NCBI GenBank assembly: GCA_950097015.1
Contig: CATNEN010000003.1
Span: 3,286,001 to 3,350,000 of the forward strand
Direction of reading: 5' to 3'
Source of the DNA: Macrostomum hystrix
Lineage: Eukaryota > Animalia > Platyhelminthes
DNA: 64,000 nucleotides
The notes beneath the pieces were generated by a model, which was not told the origin of the DNA, did no database searches, and saw only the letters and a list, made by a program, of their open reading frames with translations. Position 1 is the stretch's first letter. Each line of letters begins with the position of its first letter. Positions 1 to 13,552 of the stretch are shown one piece after another. The position numbers and the translations under genes were made by a program.

Positions 1-3000
1 ATGTCTCTTATCACACTGACTCAATCTCATGTCTCTTATCACACTGACTCAATCTCATGTCTCTTATCACACTGACTCATTCTCATGTCTCTTATCACAC
101 TGACTCATTCTCATGTCTCTTATCACACTGACTCATTCTTATGTCTCTTATCACACTGACTCATTCTCATGTCTCTTATCACACTGACTCATTCTCATGT
201 CTCTTATCACACTGACTCATTCTTATGTCTCTTATCACACTGACTCATTCTCATGTCTCTTATCACACTGACTCATTCTCATGTCTCTTATCACACTGAC
301 TCATTCTCATGTCTCTTATCACACTGACTCATTCTCATGTCTCTTATCACACTGACTCAATCTCATGTCTCTTATCACACTGACTCATTCTCATGTCTCT
401 TATCACACTGACTCATTCTCATGTCTCTTATCACACTGACTCAATCGCATGTCTCTTATCTCACTGACTCAATCTCATGTCTCTTATCACACTGACTCAA
501 TCTCATGTCTCTTATCACACTGACTCATTCTCATGTCTCTTATCACACTGACTCATTCTCATGTCTCTTATCTCACTGACTCATTCTCATGTCTCTTATC
601 ACACTGACTCATTCTCATGTCTCTTATCTCACTGACTCATTCTCATGTCTCTTATCACACTGACTCAATCTCATGTCTCTTATCACACTGACTCATTCTC
701 ATGTCTCTTATCACACTGACTCATTCTCATGTCTCTTATCACACTGACTCATTCTCATGTCTCTTATCACACTGACTAAATCTCATGTCTCTTATCACAC
801 TGACTCATTCTTATGTCTCTTATCACACTGACTCAATCTCATGTCTCTTATCTCACTGACTCAATCTCATGTCTCTTATCACACTGACTCAATCTCATGT
901 CTCTTATCACACTGACTCAATCTCATGTCTCTGATCACACTGACTCATTCTCATGTCTCTTATCACACTGACTCATTCTCATGTCTCTGATCACACTGAC
1001 TCATTCTCATGTCTCTTATCACACTGACTCAATCTCATGTCTCTTATCTCACTGACTCCTTCTCATGTCTCTGATCACACTGACTCATTCTTATGTCTCT
1101 TATCACACTGACTCAATCGCATGTCTCTTATCACACTGACTCATTCTCATGTCTCTTATCACACTGACTCAATCTCATGTCTCTTATCACACTGACTCAT
1201 TCTCATGTCTCTTATCACACTGACTCAATCTCATGTCTCTTATCACACTGACTCAATCTCATGTCTCTTATCACACTGACTCAATCTCATGTCTCTTATC
1301 ACACTGACTAAATCTCATGTCTCTTATCACACTGACTCATTCTTATGTCTCTTATCACACTGACTCAATCTCATGTCTCTGATCACACTGACTCATTCTC
1401 ATGTCTCTTATCACACTGACTCATTCTCATGTCTCTTATCACACTGACTCATTCTCATGTCTCTTATCACACTGACTCAATCTCATGTCTCTTATCACAC
1501 TGACTCAATCTCATGTCTCTTATCACACTGACTCATTCTCATGTCTCTTATCACACTGACTCATTCTCATGTCTCTTATCACACTGACTCATTCTTATGT
1601 CTCTTATCACACTGACTCATTCTCATGTCTCTTATCACACTGACTCATTCTCATGTCTCTTATCACACTGACTCATTCTTATGTCTCTTATCACACTGAC
1701 TCATTCTCATGTCTCTTATCACACTGACTCATTCTCATGTCTCTTATCACACTGACTCATTCTCATGTCTCTTATCACACTGACTCATTCTCATGTCTCT
1801 TATCACACTGACTCAATCTCATGTCTCTTATCACACTGACTCATTCTCATGTCTCTTATCACACTGACTCATTCTCATGTCTCTTATCACACTGACTCAA
1901 TCGCATGTCTCTTATCTCACTGACTCAATCTCATGTCTCTTATCACACTGACTCAATCTCATGTCTCTTATCACACTGACTCATTCTCATGTCTCTTATC
2001 ACACTGACTCATTCTCATGTCTCTTATCTCACTGACTCATTCTCATGTCTCTTATCACACTGACTCATTCTCATGTCTCTTATCTCACTGACTCATTCTC
2101 ATGTCTCTTATCACACTGACTCAATCTCATGTCTCTTATCACACTGACTCATTCTCATGTCTCTTATCACACTGACTCATTCTCATGTCTCTTATCACAC
2201 TGACTCATTCTCATGTCTCTTATCACACTGACTAAATCTCATGTCTCTTATCACACTGACTCATTCTTATGTCTCTTATCACACTGACTCAATCTCATGT
2301 CTCTTATCTCACTGACTCAATCTCATGTCTCTTATCACACTGACTCAATCTCATGTCTCTTATCACACTGACTCATTCTCATGTCTCTTATCACACTGAC
2401 TCAATCTCATGTCTCTTATCACACTGACTCAATCTCATGTCTCTTATCTCACTGACTCATTCTCATGTCTCTTATCACACTGACTCATTCTTATGTCTCT
2501 TATCACACTGACTCATTCTCATGTCTCTTATCACACTGACTCATTCTCATGTCTCTTATCACACTGACTAAATCTCATGTCTCTTATCACACTGACTCAT
2601 TCTTATGTCTCCTATCACACTGACTCATTCTTATGTCTCTTATCACACTGACTCATTCTCATGTCTCTTATCACACTGACTCATTCTCATGTCTCTTATC
2701 ACACTGACTCATTCTCATGTCTCTTATCACACTGACTCATTCTCATGTCTCTTATCACACTGACTCATTCTCATGTCTCTTATCACACTGACTCATTCTC
2801 ATGTCTCTTATCACACTGACTCATTCTTATGTCTCTTATCACACTGACTCATTCTTATGTCTCTTATCACACTGACTCATTCTCATGTCTCTTATCACAC
2901 TGACTCATTCTCATGTCTCTTATCACACTGACTCATTCTTATGTCTCTTATCACACTGACTCATTCTCATGTCTCTTATCACACTGACTCATTCTCATGT

Positions 3001-6000
3001 CTCTTATCACACTGACTCATTCTTATGTCTCTTATCACACTGACTCATTCTCATGTCTCTTATCACACTGACTCATTCTCATGTCTCTTATCACACTGAC
3101 TCATTCTCATGTCTCTTATCACACTGACTCATTCTCATGTCTCTTATCACACTGACTCATTCTCATGTCTCTTATCTCACTGACTCATTCTCATGTCTCT
3201 TATCACACTGACTCATTCTCATGTCTCTTATCACACTGACTCATTCTCATGTCTCTTATCACACTGACTCAATCGCATGTCTCTTATCTCACTGACTCAA
3301 TCTCATGTCTCTTATCACACTGACTCAATCTCATGTCTCTTATCACACTGACTCATTCTCATGTCTCTTATCACACTGACTCATTCTCATGTCTCTTATC
3401 TCACTGACTCATTCTCATGTCTCTTATCACACTGACTCATTCTCATGTCTCTTATCTCACTGACTCATTCTCATGTCTCTTATCACACTGACTCAATCTC
3501 ATGTCTCTTATCACACTGACTCAATCTCATGTCTCTTATCACACTGACTCAATCTCATGTCTCTTATCACACTGACTAAATCTCATGTCTCTTATCACAC
3601 TGACTCATTCTTATGTCTCTTATCACACTGACTCATTCTTATGTCTCTGATCACACTGACTCATTCTCATGTCTCTTATCACACTGACTCATTCTCATGT
3701 CTCTTATCACACTGACTCATTCTCATGTCTCTTATCACACTGACTCAATCTCATGTCTCTTATCACACTGACTCAATCTCATGTCTCTTATCACACTGAC
3801 TCATTCTCATGTCTCTTATCACACTGACTCATTCTCATGTCTCTTATCACACTGACTCATTCTTATGTCTCTTATCACACTGACTCATTCTCATGTCTCT
3901 TATCACACTGACTCATTCTCATGTCTCTTATCACACTGACTCATTCTTATGTCTCTTATCACACTGACTCATTCTCATGTCTCTTATCACACTGACTCAT
4001 TCTCATGTCTCTTATCACACTGACTCATTCTCATGTCTCTTATCACACTGACTCATTCTCATGTCTCTTATCACACTGACTCATTCTCATGTCTCTTATC
4101 TCACTGACTCATTCTCATGTCTCTTATCACACAGACTCATTCTCATGTCTCTTATCACACTGACTCATTCTCATGTCTCTTATCACACTGACTCAATCGC
4201 ATGTCTCTTATCTCACTGACTCAATCTCATGTCTCTTATCACACTGACTCAATCTCATGTCTCTTATCACACTGACTCATTCTCATGTCTCTTATCACAC
4301 TGACTCATTCTCATGTCTCTTATCTCACTGACTCATTCTCATGTCTCTTATCACACTGACTCATTCTCATGTCTCTTATCTCACTGACTCATTCTCATGT
4401 CTCTTATCACACTGACTCAATCTCATGTCTCTTATCACACTGACTCATTCTCATGAGTCTTATCACACTGACTCATTCTCATGTCTCTTATCACACTGAC
4501 TCATTCTCATGTCTCTTATCACACTGACTAAATCTCATGTCTCTTATCACACTGACTCATTCTTATGTCTCTTATCACACTGACTCAATCTCATGTCTCT
4601 TATCTCACTGACTCAATCTCATGTCTCTTATCACACTGACTCAATCTCATGTCTCTTATCACACTGACTCATTCTCATGTCTCTTATCTCACTGACTCAT
4701 TCTCATGTCTCTTATCACACTGACTCATTCTCATGTCTCTTATCACACTGACTCAATCTCATGTCTCTTATCACACTGACTCATTCTCATGTCTCTTATC
4801 ACACTGACTCATTCTCATGTCTCTTATCACACTGACTCAATCTCATGTCTCTTATCTCACTGACTCATTCTCATGTCTCTTATCACACTGACTCATTCTT
4901 ATGTCTCTTATCACACTGACTCATTCTTATGTCTCTTATCACACTGACTCATTCTCATGTCTCTTATCACACTGACTCAATCTCATGTCTCTTATCACAC
5001 TGACTCATTCTTATGTCTCTTATCACACTGACTCAATCTCATGTCTCTTATCACACTGACTCATTCTCATGTCTCTTATCACACTGACTCATTCTTATGT
5101 CTCTTATCACACTGACTCAATCTCATGTCTCTTATCACACTGACTCATTCTCATGTCTCTTATCACACTGACTCATTCTCATGTCTCTTATTACACTGAC
5201 TCATTCTCATGTCTCTTATCTCACTGACTCATTCTCATGTCTCTTATCACACTGACTCATTCTCATGTCTCTTATCACACTGACTCAATCTCATGTCTCT
5301 TATCACACTGACTCATTCTTATGTCTCTTATCACACTGACTCATTCTTATGTCTCTTATCACACTGACTCATTCTTATGTCTCTTATCACACTGACTCAT
5401 TCTCATGTCTCTTATCACACTGACTCATTCTCATGTCTCTTATCACACTGACTCATTCTTATGTCTCTTATCACACTGACTCATTCTTATGTCTCTTATC
5501 ACACTGACTCATTCTTATGTCTCTTATCACACTGACTCATTCTCATGTCTCTTATCACACTGACTCATTCTCACGTCTCTTATCACACTGACTCAATCTC
5601 ATGTCTCTTATCACACTGACTCATTCTCATGTTTCTTATCACACTGACTCATTCTCATGTCTCTTATCACACTGACTCATTCTTATGTCTCTTATCACAC
5701 TGTCTCAATCTCATGTCTCTTATCACACTGACTCAATCTCACGTCTCTTATCACACTGACTCAATCTCATGTCTCTTATCACACTGACTCAATCTTATGT
5801 CTCTTATCACACTGACTCATTCTCATGTCTCTTATCACACTGACTCATTCTTATGTCTCTTATCACACTGTCTCAATCTCATGTCTCTTATCACACTGAC
5901 TCAATCTCACGTCTCTTATCACACTGACTCAATCTCATGTCTCTTATCACACTGACTCAATCTTATGTCTCTTATCACACTGACTCATTCTCATGTCTCT

Positions 6001-6084
6001 TATCACACTGACTCAATCTCATGTCTCTTATCACACTGACTCAATCTCATGTCTCTTATCACACTGACTCATTCTCACGTCTCA
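1..6084. repeat. 28-bp tandem satellite (ATGTCTCTTATCACACTGACTCA[T/A]TCTC), ~217 units, open at window start
   Basis: Period of 28 read directly; line starts recur every 420 bp (15 units). Confidence 0.98.
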
Positions 6085-6630
6085 TATCAGGCTGTCTTTG
6101 GATGTTTTTGAAATCTATAATTTTACGATATTTTCAAAGAAAATACCTCGTACAGCATTAATTCCCTGCTAGCGCTATAACTGGTGGTTAAATAGTGGTT
6201 AAAACACAGACAGTGTTCTATCTCAATTTCCTTTTTCCTAAAAGTTGTAGTCTTCGAATCTAAAATCCGATTCGAACCATGTAGAGTACTCCAGTGGTTT
6301 TCTGGCCTGATCGTTGGCAAAGATTCAATCAGAAACTGTGTTATACTCGACCCTGGCATGCCAATGTAGTTCGTTGTTCACCTCGTCACCCGGAAGGGAA
6401 CTCATGCTCAAACTTTATTAAGGAAATGTCCATTTTAGCTCCACGCTAGCTTGGTCAGTACGTATCTCCTTACATTTTTTTATTTTGCAACGACCTTTTT
6501 TTCTACGAAACGGAATTATCTGCAGATAATTTTCCAGTCTTAGATCTAGTCTTTTATTTGATTTAAACTAGTTCGGTATTTTAGTATGAGGTGCATGTGA
6601 GAATGTTCTAATTTTATTTCTTCATTTGCA

Positions 6631-6943
6631 GGGGTGAGTGGCAGAACGGTCCAACGCGTTTGCCTCTCGCCCCAAGGTCCCTGAGCTCGATTCCGCGGCG
6701 AGGCCACATTTATTTTGGGCGCAGCCGCGGGAGAAGGCTTGGGGCTTGTCGTGCAATTTACGCCCTATAGTGAGAGTGTGCACTGCCTGACGATGAGAAA
6801 GTCAGGGCAGATGTACACACCTGTGTGAGTGAGTGTGTGCTTGCGTTTGTGCTCAGGAGTCAGCGGAATGGGCAGAATAGGCTGCAGGTCTAGTGTCACC
6901 AAATGATGCGCCATTGCCTCCTGCAAATATTAATCAATTATTA
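6631..6943 (+). mobile_element. tRNA-derived SINE, family A, copy 1
   Basis: A-box-like TGGCAGAACGG and B-box-like GAGCTCGATTCC. Body (GCGGCGAGGCCACATT...GGCGCAGCCGCGG...GAAGGCTTGGGG...GCAATTTACGCCC...GCTCAGGAGTCAGCGGAATGGGCAGA) is shared with the copies at 9202 and 54334. AT-rich tail. Confidence 0.8.
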
Positions 6944-7534
6944 CGTGATTTTTATTAAAAAGCACTTGAATGCGATTAGACCATAGATTATAGAAATTCT
7001 ACAAGAAAAAAGGCAAAATAACAACCATTTGGAGCCTCTAAACAATAGAAACAAATTACGTTAAAATACGCATTTTATAATATTCTACTACAAGTAGGAT
7101 GTTACGAAGTTGAAAATAAAGAAATAAGTGCATGAGAGATATATGCGCAAGACACTGAAAATTATTTGAATTCTTTATTGTAACCTCAACAAAAAATGTA
7201 GTCAAGGAAAGTTATCGTCATCCATCAGTCATTTTTTGCCAAATTAGCTTGGCAGTACTTTTACAGAATCGGCATATTGTTTGCAGAATATTCCGAGCAA
7301 GATCTGAATGGTTGAGTGAAGTGGCATGTGAATTCTGTAGAATTAAACTCCAATGGAGACACCAGCTATATGTGCTTCTGTAACACTAAACCCCACTCCA
7401 TTCCACCTAGCAGGTGTGTCATCTTTTGTCTAGCAGGTGACAAGTTCAGTCAAACGGCTGAGCAGTTTTTCTACACGCTAGGACAATGCTTGAGTGTTAA
7501 GGACACTGCCTAACAGAGGCTTATTTCAGGCTTG

Positions 7535-8130
7535 TCTAACAGGTGAGAGGCTTCTCTAACAGGTGTGAGGCTTCTCTAATAGGTGCGAGGCTTCTCTAAC
7601 AGGTGTGAGGCTTCTCTAACAGGTGAGAGGCTTCTCTAACAGGTGTGAGGCTTCTCTAATAGGTGCGAGGCTTCTCTAACAGGTGTGAGGCTTCTCTAAC
7701 AGGTGCGAGGCTTCTCCAACAGGTGAGAGGCTTGTCTAACAAGTGTGAGGCTTGTCTAGCAGGTGAGAGGCTTCTCTAACAGGTGCGAGGCTTCTCTAAC
7801 AGGTGTGAGGCTTCTCTAACAGGTGTGAGGCTTCTCTAACAGGTGCGAGGCTTCTCCAACAGGTGAGAGGCTTGTCTAACAGGTGAGAGGCTTGTCTAGC
7901 AGGTGAGAGGCTTGTCTAACAGGTGTGAGGCTTCTCTAACAGGTGTGAGGCTTGTCTAGCAGGTGAGAGGCTTGTCTAACAGGTGTGAGGCTTCTCTAAC
8001 AGGTGCGAGGCTTCTCCAACAGGTGAGAGGCTTGTCTAACAGGTGAGAGGCTTGTCTAACAGGTGAGAGGCTTGTCTAACAAGTGAGAAGCTTGTCTAAC
8101 AGGTAAGAGGCTTGTCTAACAGCTGAAGCC
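7535..8130. repeat. 20-bp minisatellite (AGGTGTGAGGCTTCTCTAAC) with degenerate flanks
   Basis: Direct reading. Confidence 0.95.
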
Positions 8131-8686
8131 AGTGTCTAACTGGCAAATCCTGTTTCTGACGGGTGAAGCCAGTCTAAACGGTGAAGTTTGTTGTTAACAG
8201 GTGAAGCTAGTGCCTTATAGTGTCTAAAGGTGAAGGACAAAAATGTCTCAAGACAAAGTAGAGCTGTAAAGCTAAAATAAAGCTCAGCATGAATCTACCA
8301 GCCCCATTAAGCAACGGCAATCAACGACAGAAAATAATTTCCCTTAGACAAATAAGCAGAGAGGCCAGAAAATCACAAAAAGTGACAATAAAGAAGCAAG
8401 CAAGCATTTGTTTGATATCTGTAGCATGAATGCCACTTTTGAGGATTTCATGCTACATTTTAGGCTGCCTGTACGGAATCCTAGGCAAGCAGGCTATTGT
8501 GAGGAGCATTTCCCTTTTTTGTCTTTCACAATAGAAACGCTTATTGAATGGCAACAGGGCGTTCCACCCGTCTGGCTCCCCATCCTGTGAGATGAGGGAC
8601 TTAAGAACGAGCCTGACTGCACAGAGATTGAATGGAAAGCGTGGAATGATGGGGTGGGGATAGCCTGTAGTCCGCTCAAGTCGACG

Positions 8687-8715
8687 CTGATTGGTTAGAC
8701 GAATCCAGCCAATGA
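8687..8715. promoter_or_regulatory. Pair of oppositely oriented CCAAT boxes (CTGATTGGTT; CAGCCAATGA) upstream of the exon at 8894
   Basis: Match to NF-Y-type CCAAT consensus about 180 bp upstream of an ATG-initiated exon. Confidence 0.4.
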
Positions 8716-8893
8716 AACGCTTCCTCGACTGAAGCGCACACTTTGTTGCTCGGATTTGGACTAAACTACAGACGGGTTAGGATTAGTGGGGCCGACTTAA
8801 AAATTGCTGACTTTATCCTATCAGGGAGACATGGCAGAGACAGACAAATAGGACTCCAGGTGAGTGGCGTTATCCAGCAAACCGACCGACGTC

Positions 8894-9202
8894 ATGTCTG
8901 GCGACAAGCAGCAGGCATCAGCGAGCTCAACAAAGGCAGCTTGGGCGCCGTTGCGCAAGCGACTGGCCGTTATTCGCACCGTTCGAATCTTCTCCAAGGA
9001 GCCCTCGTCCAGCACGACTGCCTCCACAGGCGGTGCGAAGGAGGAGCCTGCGCCAAGTACGTCAGGCCGGAGCCGGAGCCAACTGTTGCAGCATCAGCAT
9101 CATCATCATCATCACTTCCGCGACGATGGTGGAGTCTACTGCGGCGGCGCCGACGGTGTTGGCACAGCGGACGAAGCCGACGAGGAGCAGTCGTCGCTGA
9201 TG
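8894..9202 (+). CDS. Probable first coding exon (MSGDKQQASASSTKAAWAPLRKRLAVIRTVRIFSKEP...EEQSSLM), possibly an alternative 5' exon of the RGS gene
   Basis: GC-rich coding-like island; in-frame TGA upstream at 8861; ATG at 8894; donor ATG|GTGAGC at 9203 in phase 0, compatible with the phase-0 acceptor at 34771. Confidence 0.55.
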
Positions 9203-9503
9203 GTGAGCGCATGGACCTCTCACACATGCAAGGTCCCTGAACTCGATTCCGCGGCGAGGCCACATTCATGTGGGGCGCAGCCACGGAGAGAAGGCTTGGG
9301 GCTTTTCTGGCAATTTACGCCCTTGAGGGCCAACCTCCAAGGCGCAGGGAGATTGTCCACTGCCTGAAGATGAGAAAGGGAGAAAGTGTGTGCTCAGGAC
9401 TCAGCGAAATGGGCAGAATTGCATCCTCGCTGGCTGCGGGTTTAGTGCCACCAAATTATCGTCACTGCCAACATCCCTTCTAAAATATTATTTATTATCA
9501 TTA
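9202..9503 (+). mobile_element. SINE family A, copy 2 (5' end degenerate or truncated)
   Basis: AAGGTCCCTGAACTCGATTCCGCGGCGAGGCCACATT...GCTCAGGACTCAGCGAAATGGGCAGA aligns with copy 1. Confidence 0.8.
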
Positions 9504-9504
9504 C

Positions 9505-9600
9505 ACAAAATAATAATAACTGATTACACTTGTCCCAATCAAGCCTGGTGTGCAGCCGACAGCACAGCCGCAGCTATCGCTCGGCGCATCTGAAGGCTGC
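9505..9600 (-). mobile_element. SINE family B, 3' fragment
   Basis: TGATTACAC...GTGCAGCCGACAGCACAGCCGCAGCTA...GGCGCATCTGAAGGCTGC matches 60640-60720. Confidence 0.75.
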
Positions 9601-11091
9601 CCAGTCTAAGCACTAGGCTAAGACTCCCTGTCTTAGCTCTCTGTTTAACTCAGTTTCTGTGTCAAAGAAAAGAACGCTGTTGATTTATCAAAGAGGGTCA
9701 CGTGCTTCTGTTGGTGGTTGGCTTTCGGTTCTTAAGGATTTTTCACGTGCGTTTCGAAAATAACAAAATCTGAATTAAAACTGTGAACTAAAGCAACGGC
9801 GAAAGACCTCAATTGACCTCCAATGTCAAGAGTTCGAATCTTCTAGACTTGGATACAACATCCTCAAAAGTAATCAAAATCATATTTACCAAACGGAGAC
9901 AGAAATAAAATTAATTTCTATGTACTGTACCAATAATACAGACGGATAGAAATACAGATATAGAGATAGTCAACTGCCGGCTTTAAAGTGTACACTGCTG
10001 GTTTTAAAAAACACCGATAATAAAGACATACAGGCATTTCACCTTTGGATTGTCATAAAATGATCATTATTTTAAGTATACGCTAAGTAAATGATGTTCT
10101 AAGACATCTGCGAGTAGGTTGTTTTTTTCCAATCACTGATAATTAGCATCAACAATTTGCACCTATTTTACGCCATAAATTAATGGTTTTTCACTAACGC
10201 GTTATCTACACGCGTAGATAAGAAGTGATAATTGGTCTTACCTGGGCTGGACAAATTTTAAAAGTCAAAATTTATTATTCAAACTTTAAAATCGAAGTTA
10301 TAGTTCGCAATTAGTCAAGGTATCAATGCAGTTGAGAATTCTCTATCATTTAGCATAAACAGAATTTAAGAGAACATTTCTGAATAAAATTTAAAAATAA
10401 AAATAATGATTTTAAATCTCAGCCAGGCTCTCACGCCCGCAACTCCCCAAGATGTCCGGAAATTAAAGTGTGATGAGGGTCTCGCCTCTCAGTTTTCACA
10501 AGATGAAATTTCTAGGGCAACGCCAAGGAAATTGAAATCCTGCCTTCTTTGATAATCTACCTCCAGTTTAAAGTCCGAGATGCCTAGACAGTCCTATAGC
10601 GGCAGGGGCGGCATCAGAGCTGCATGGGAAGAAGCTGAATACAATGTCCCATCAGCAAAATTTGTTAGCAATCGATGTTTTTTAGCCCAGGGTGGTGAAG
10701 GCGGAGCTGCTTGTCCCCTGCCGCCTTCTTTGGGCCGCGGGGTGGCAACGAGGGTGCACTTTTGTATTCCCAAGGATGGAATTATCAGAATAGGATACGG
10801 GGGTGGCAAGAACAGACATGGGATCTATGGACATCGACTGCAGCTGAGGAACCCACAGACAGCGGGTAGAGAGGCCTTGGATGTTTTCTAACAACATATA
10901 GGGGGGAAAAATCAAAGATCGTGACGATATTGAATTTGAATAACTCAGTAACAAAATATAGCAATGCTCAGATGCAACAACTGGGGCAGACAGAGTTCAG
11001 AGTTTTAGAGAAGAAAATGCAGACAGTGGGTGAAACTGAAAGAACAAAGAGAGAGACTGGCAGACAGAGGACAAAAAGGAAGACAGAGAAA

Positions 11092-11094
<3 letters not shown>

Positions 11095-11122
<28 letters not shown>

Positions 11123-11554
11123 TGAAAGAATGACAGACTGAAAGAATGACAGAATGACAGAATGACAGAATGACAGACTGACAGAATGACAGAATGACGG
11201 ACTGACAGAATTACAGAATGACAGACTGACAGAATAACAGAATGACAGAATGACAGACTGAAAGAATGAAAGAATGACAGAATGACAAAATGACAGACTG
11301 AAAGAATGACAGAATGACAGACTGACAGAATGACAGAATGACAGAATGACAGACTGAAAGAATGACAGACTGAAAGAATGACAGAATGACAGAATGACAG
11401 AATGACAGACTGACAGAATGACAGAATGACGGACTGACAGAATTACAGAATGACAGACTGACAGAATAACAGAATGACAGAATGACAGACTGAAAGAATG
11501 AAAGAATGACAGAATGACAAAATGACAGACTGAAAGAATGACAGAATGACAGAC

Positions 11555-11586
<32 letters not shown>

Positions 11587-11771
11587 TGAAAGAATGACAG
11601 ACTGAAAGAATGACAGAATGACAGAATGACAGAATGACAGACTGACAGAATGACAGAATGACGGACTGACAGAATTACAGAATGACAGACTGACAGAATA
11701 ACAGAATGACAGAATGACAGACTGAAAGAATGAAAGAATGACAGACTGACAGAATAACAGACTGAAAGAAT

Positions 11772-11811
<40 letters not shown>

Positions 11812-11908
11812 GACAGACTAAAAGAATGGCAGAATGACAGAATAACAGACTGAAAGAATGACAGAATGACAGAATGACAAAATGACAGAATAACAGAATG
11901 ACAGAATA

Positions 11909-11939
<31 letters not shown>

Positions 11940-12260
11940 AACAGACTGAAAGAATGACAGAATGACAGAATGACAGACTGACAGAATGACAGAATAACAG
12001 ACTGACAGAATAACAGAATGACAGAATGACAGAATGACAGACTGAAAGAATGACAGAATGACAGACTGACAGAATAACAGAATGACAGACTGAAAGAATG
12101 ACAGAATAACAGAATGACAGAATGACAGACTAAAAGAATGGCAGAATGACAGAATGACAGAATGACAGAATGACAGACTGACAGAATAACAGAATGACAG
12201 ACTGAAAGAATGACAGAATGACGGAATGATGGACTGACGGAATGATGGACTGAAAGACGG
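11095..12260. repeat. Compound 8/12-bp repeat (ACAGAATG / ACAGACTGAAAGAATG)
   Basis: Direct reading. Confidence 0.95.
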
Positions 12261-12674
12261 AAAGACACAGACACGGAAAATCTAACATTTTCAGTAGAAT
12301 GCGATGGAGATTTTTCGTCAGAGAATTTCAATGAATTTCAACTGCGGTACTTACTCGCATTTCTATTGCAGTTTTTAACTCAATAGACGAATGAAATGCT
12401 TGCTCTGGAGCATTGGTTTAGGCAGAGAGTTTTCAGTCAAATCCGGATAAGTAGCTCACAAAAACACGCTGTGTATTTTGTACCGTAATGGGTTTGAAAA
12501 AATCAAATTTTGAATCTCTTTAAAAAAAAAATGCAACTAGTCGGTGACTCGGTAATTGTTGTGGAAGCAGAATTTTTTTAAGTTGGCTTTCATAGTTACT
12601 AGGAGCCGATCTGCTAGTTGATGCTCCAAAAAACTTTTGAATAGCATGCAATGAAGAAGAGCTGGGCTGACTAG

Positions 12675-12960
<286 letters not shown>

Positions 12961-13552
12961 CAGAAACAGGCTGCAAAAGATCTGTGGGAAGGATATTTAA
13001 AGCTGATATTAAACTGAAAGAAAAAAGTTTCAAAGCAAGATGCAAGTGTTACAATTAAATTAAGGGATACTTTTATTTCCAATGCGAAAGGTTGAGAAAG
13101 TAAAAAACAACACTGTCTGTCAAGTAAAAGCAATAATCTGTCATGATTCTGCACACGTACAGTCTTCACTTTGCTCAATACGAAAGCAAACAGAAATTTA
13201 TTCTTTTTTTGGACAGTCAGCCAGTTGGCTTCCTTCTCGCTATATCGGCAGTCTGCACACACAGTTGAATGGACCTAGGAGTCTTTGGTTCGCGTCCTCC
13301 TCAGCTGTCACTCAATAATTTACGCGGTCCAGGGCGTGCACAAAAAAACTGAGCTCACTAATCACTCCGGCCTGGGTGGACTCAATTCATGAACTTCCTC
13401 TATTCTCAGTCCCAGAATAAGACAGCAAAGTGTGAGTAGCACAGCCATGATGGTCGAGATGAGGATGAGGACTTGCTGTGCTTGATTAACTCGCTCACCG
13501 GGTCAACGGGATGATGGAGGCTGCAAAGTGAATAATGGAGCTGCTAATATCA

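Noticed and set aside
6783-6810. Hammerhead-like CTGACGA...GAAA...GTC in SINE-A
   Set aside because: No room for stems II and III, and the 3' pairing strand is absent from the other two copies.
10580-10891. 103-aa ORF
   Set aside because: No recognisable domain or splice context; may be a decayed repeat fragment.
13389-13530. Possible extra RGS exon (GTGAGT donor near 13431, DEDED-like codons)
   Set aside because: Stops in the relevant frames and no consistent acceptor or phase.
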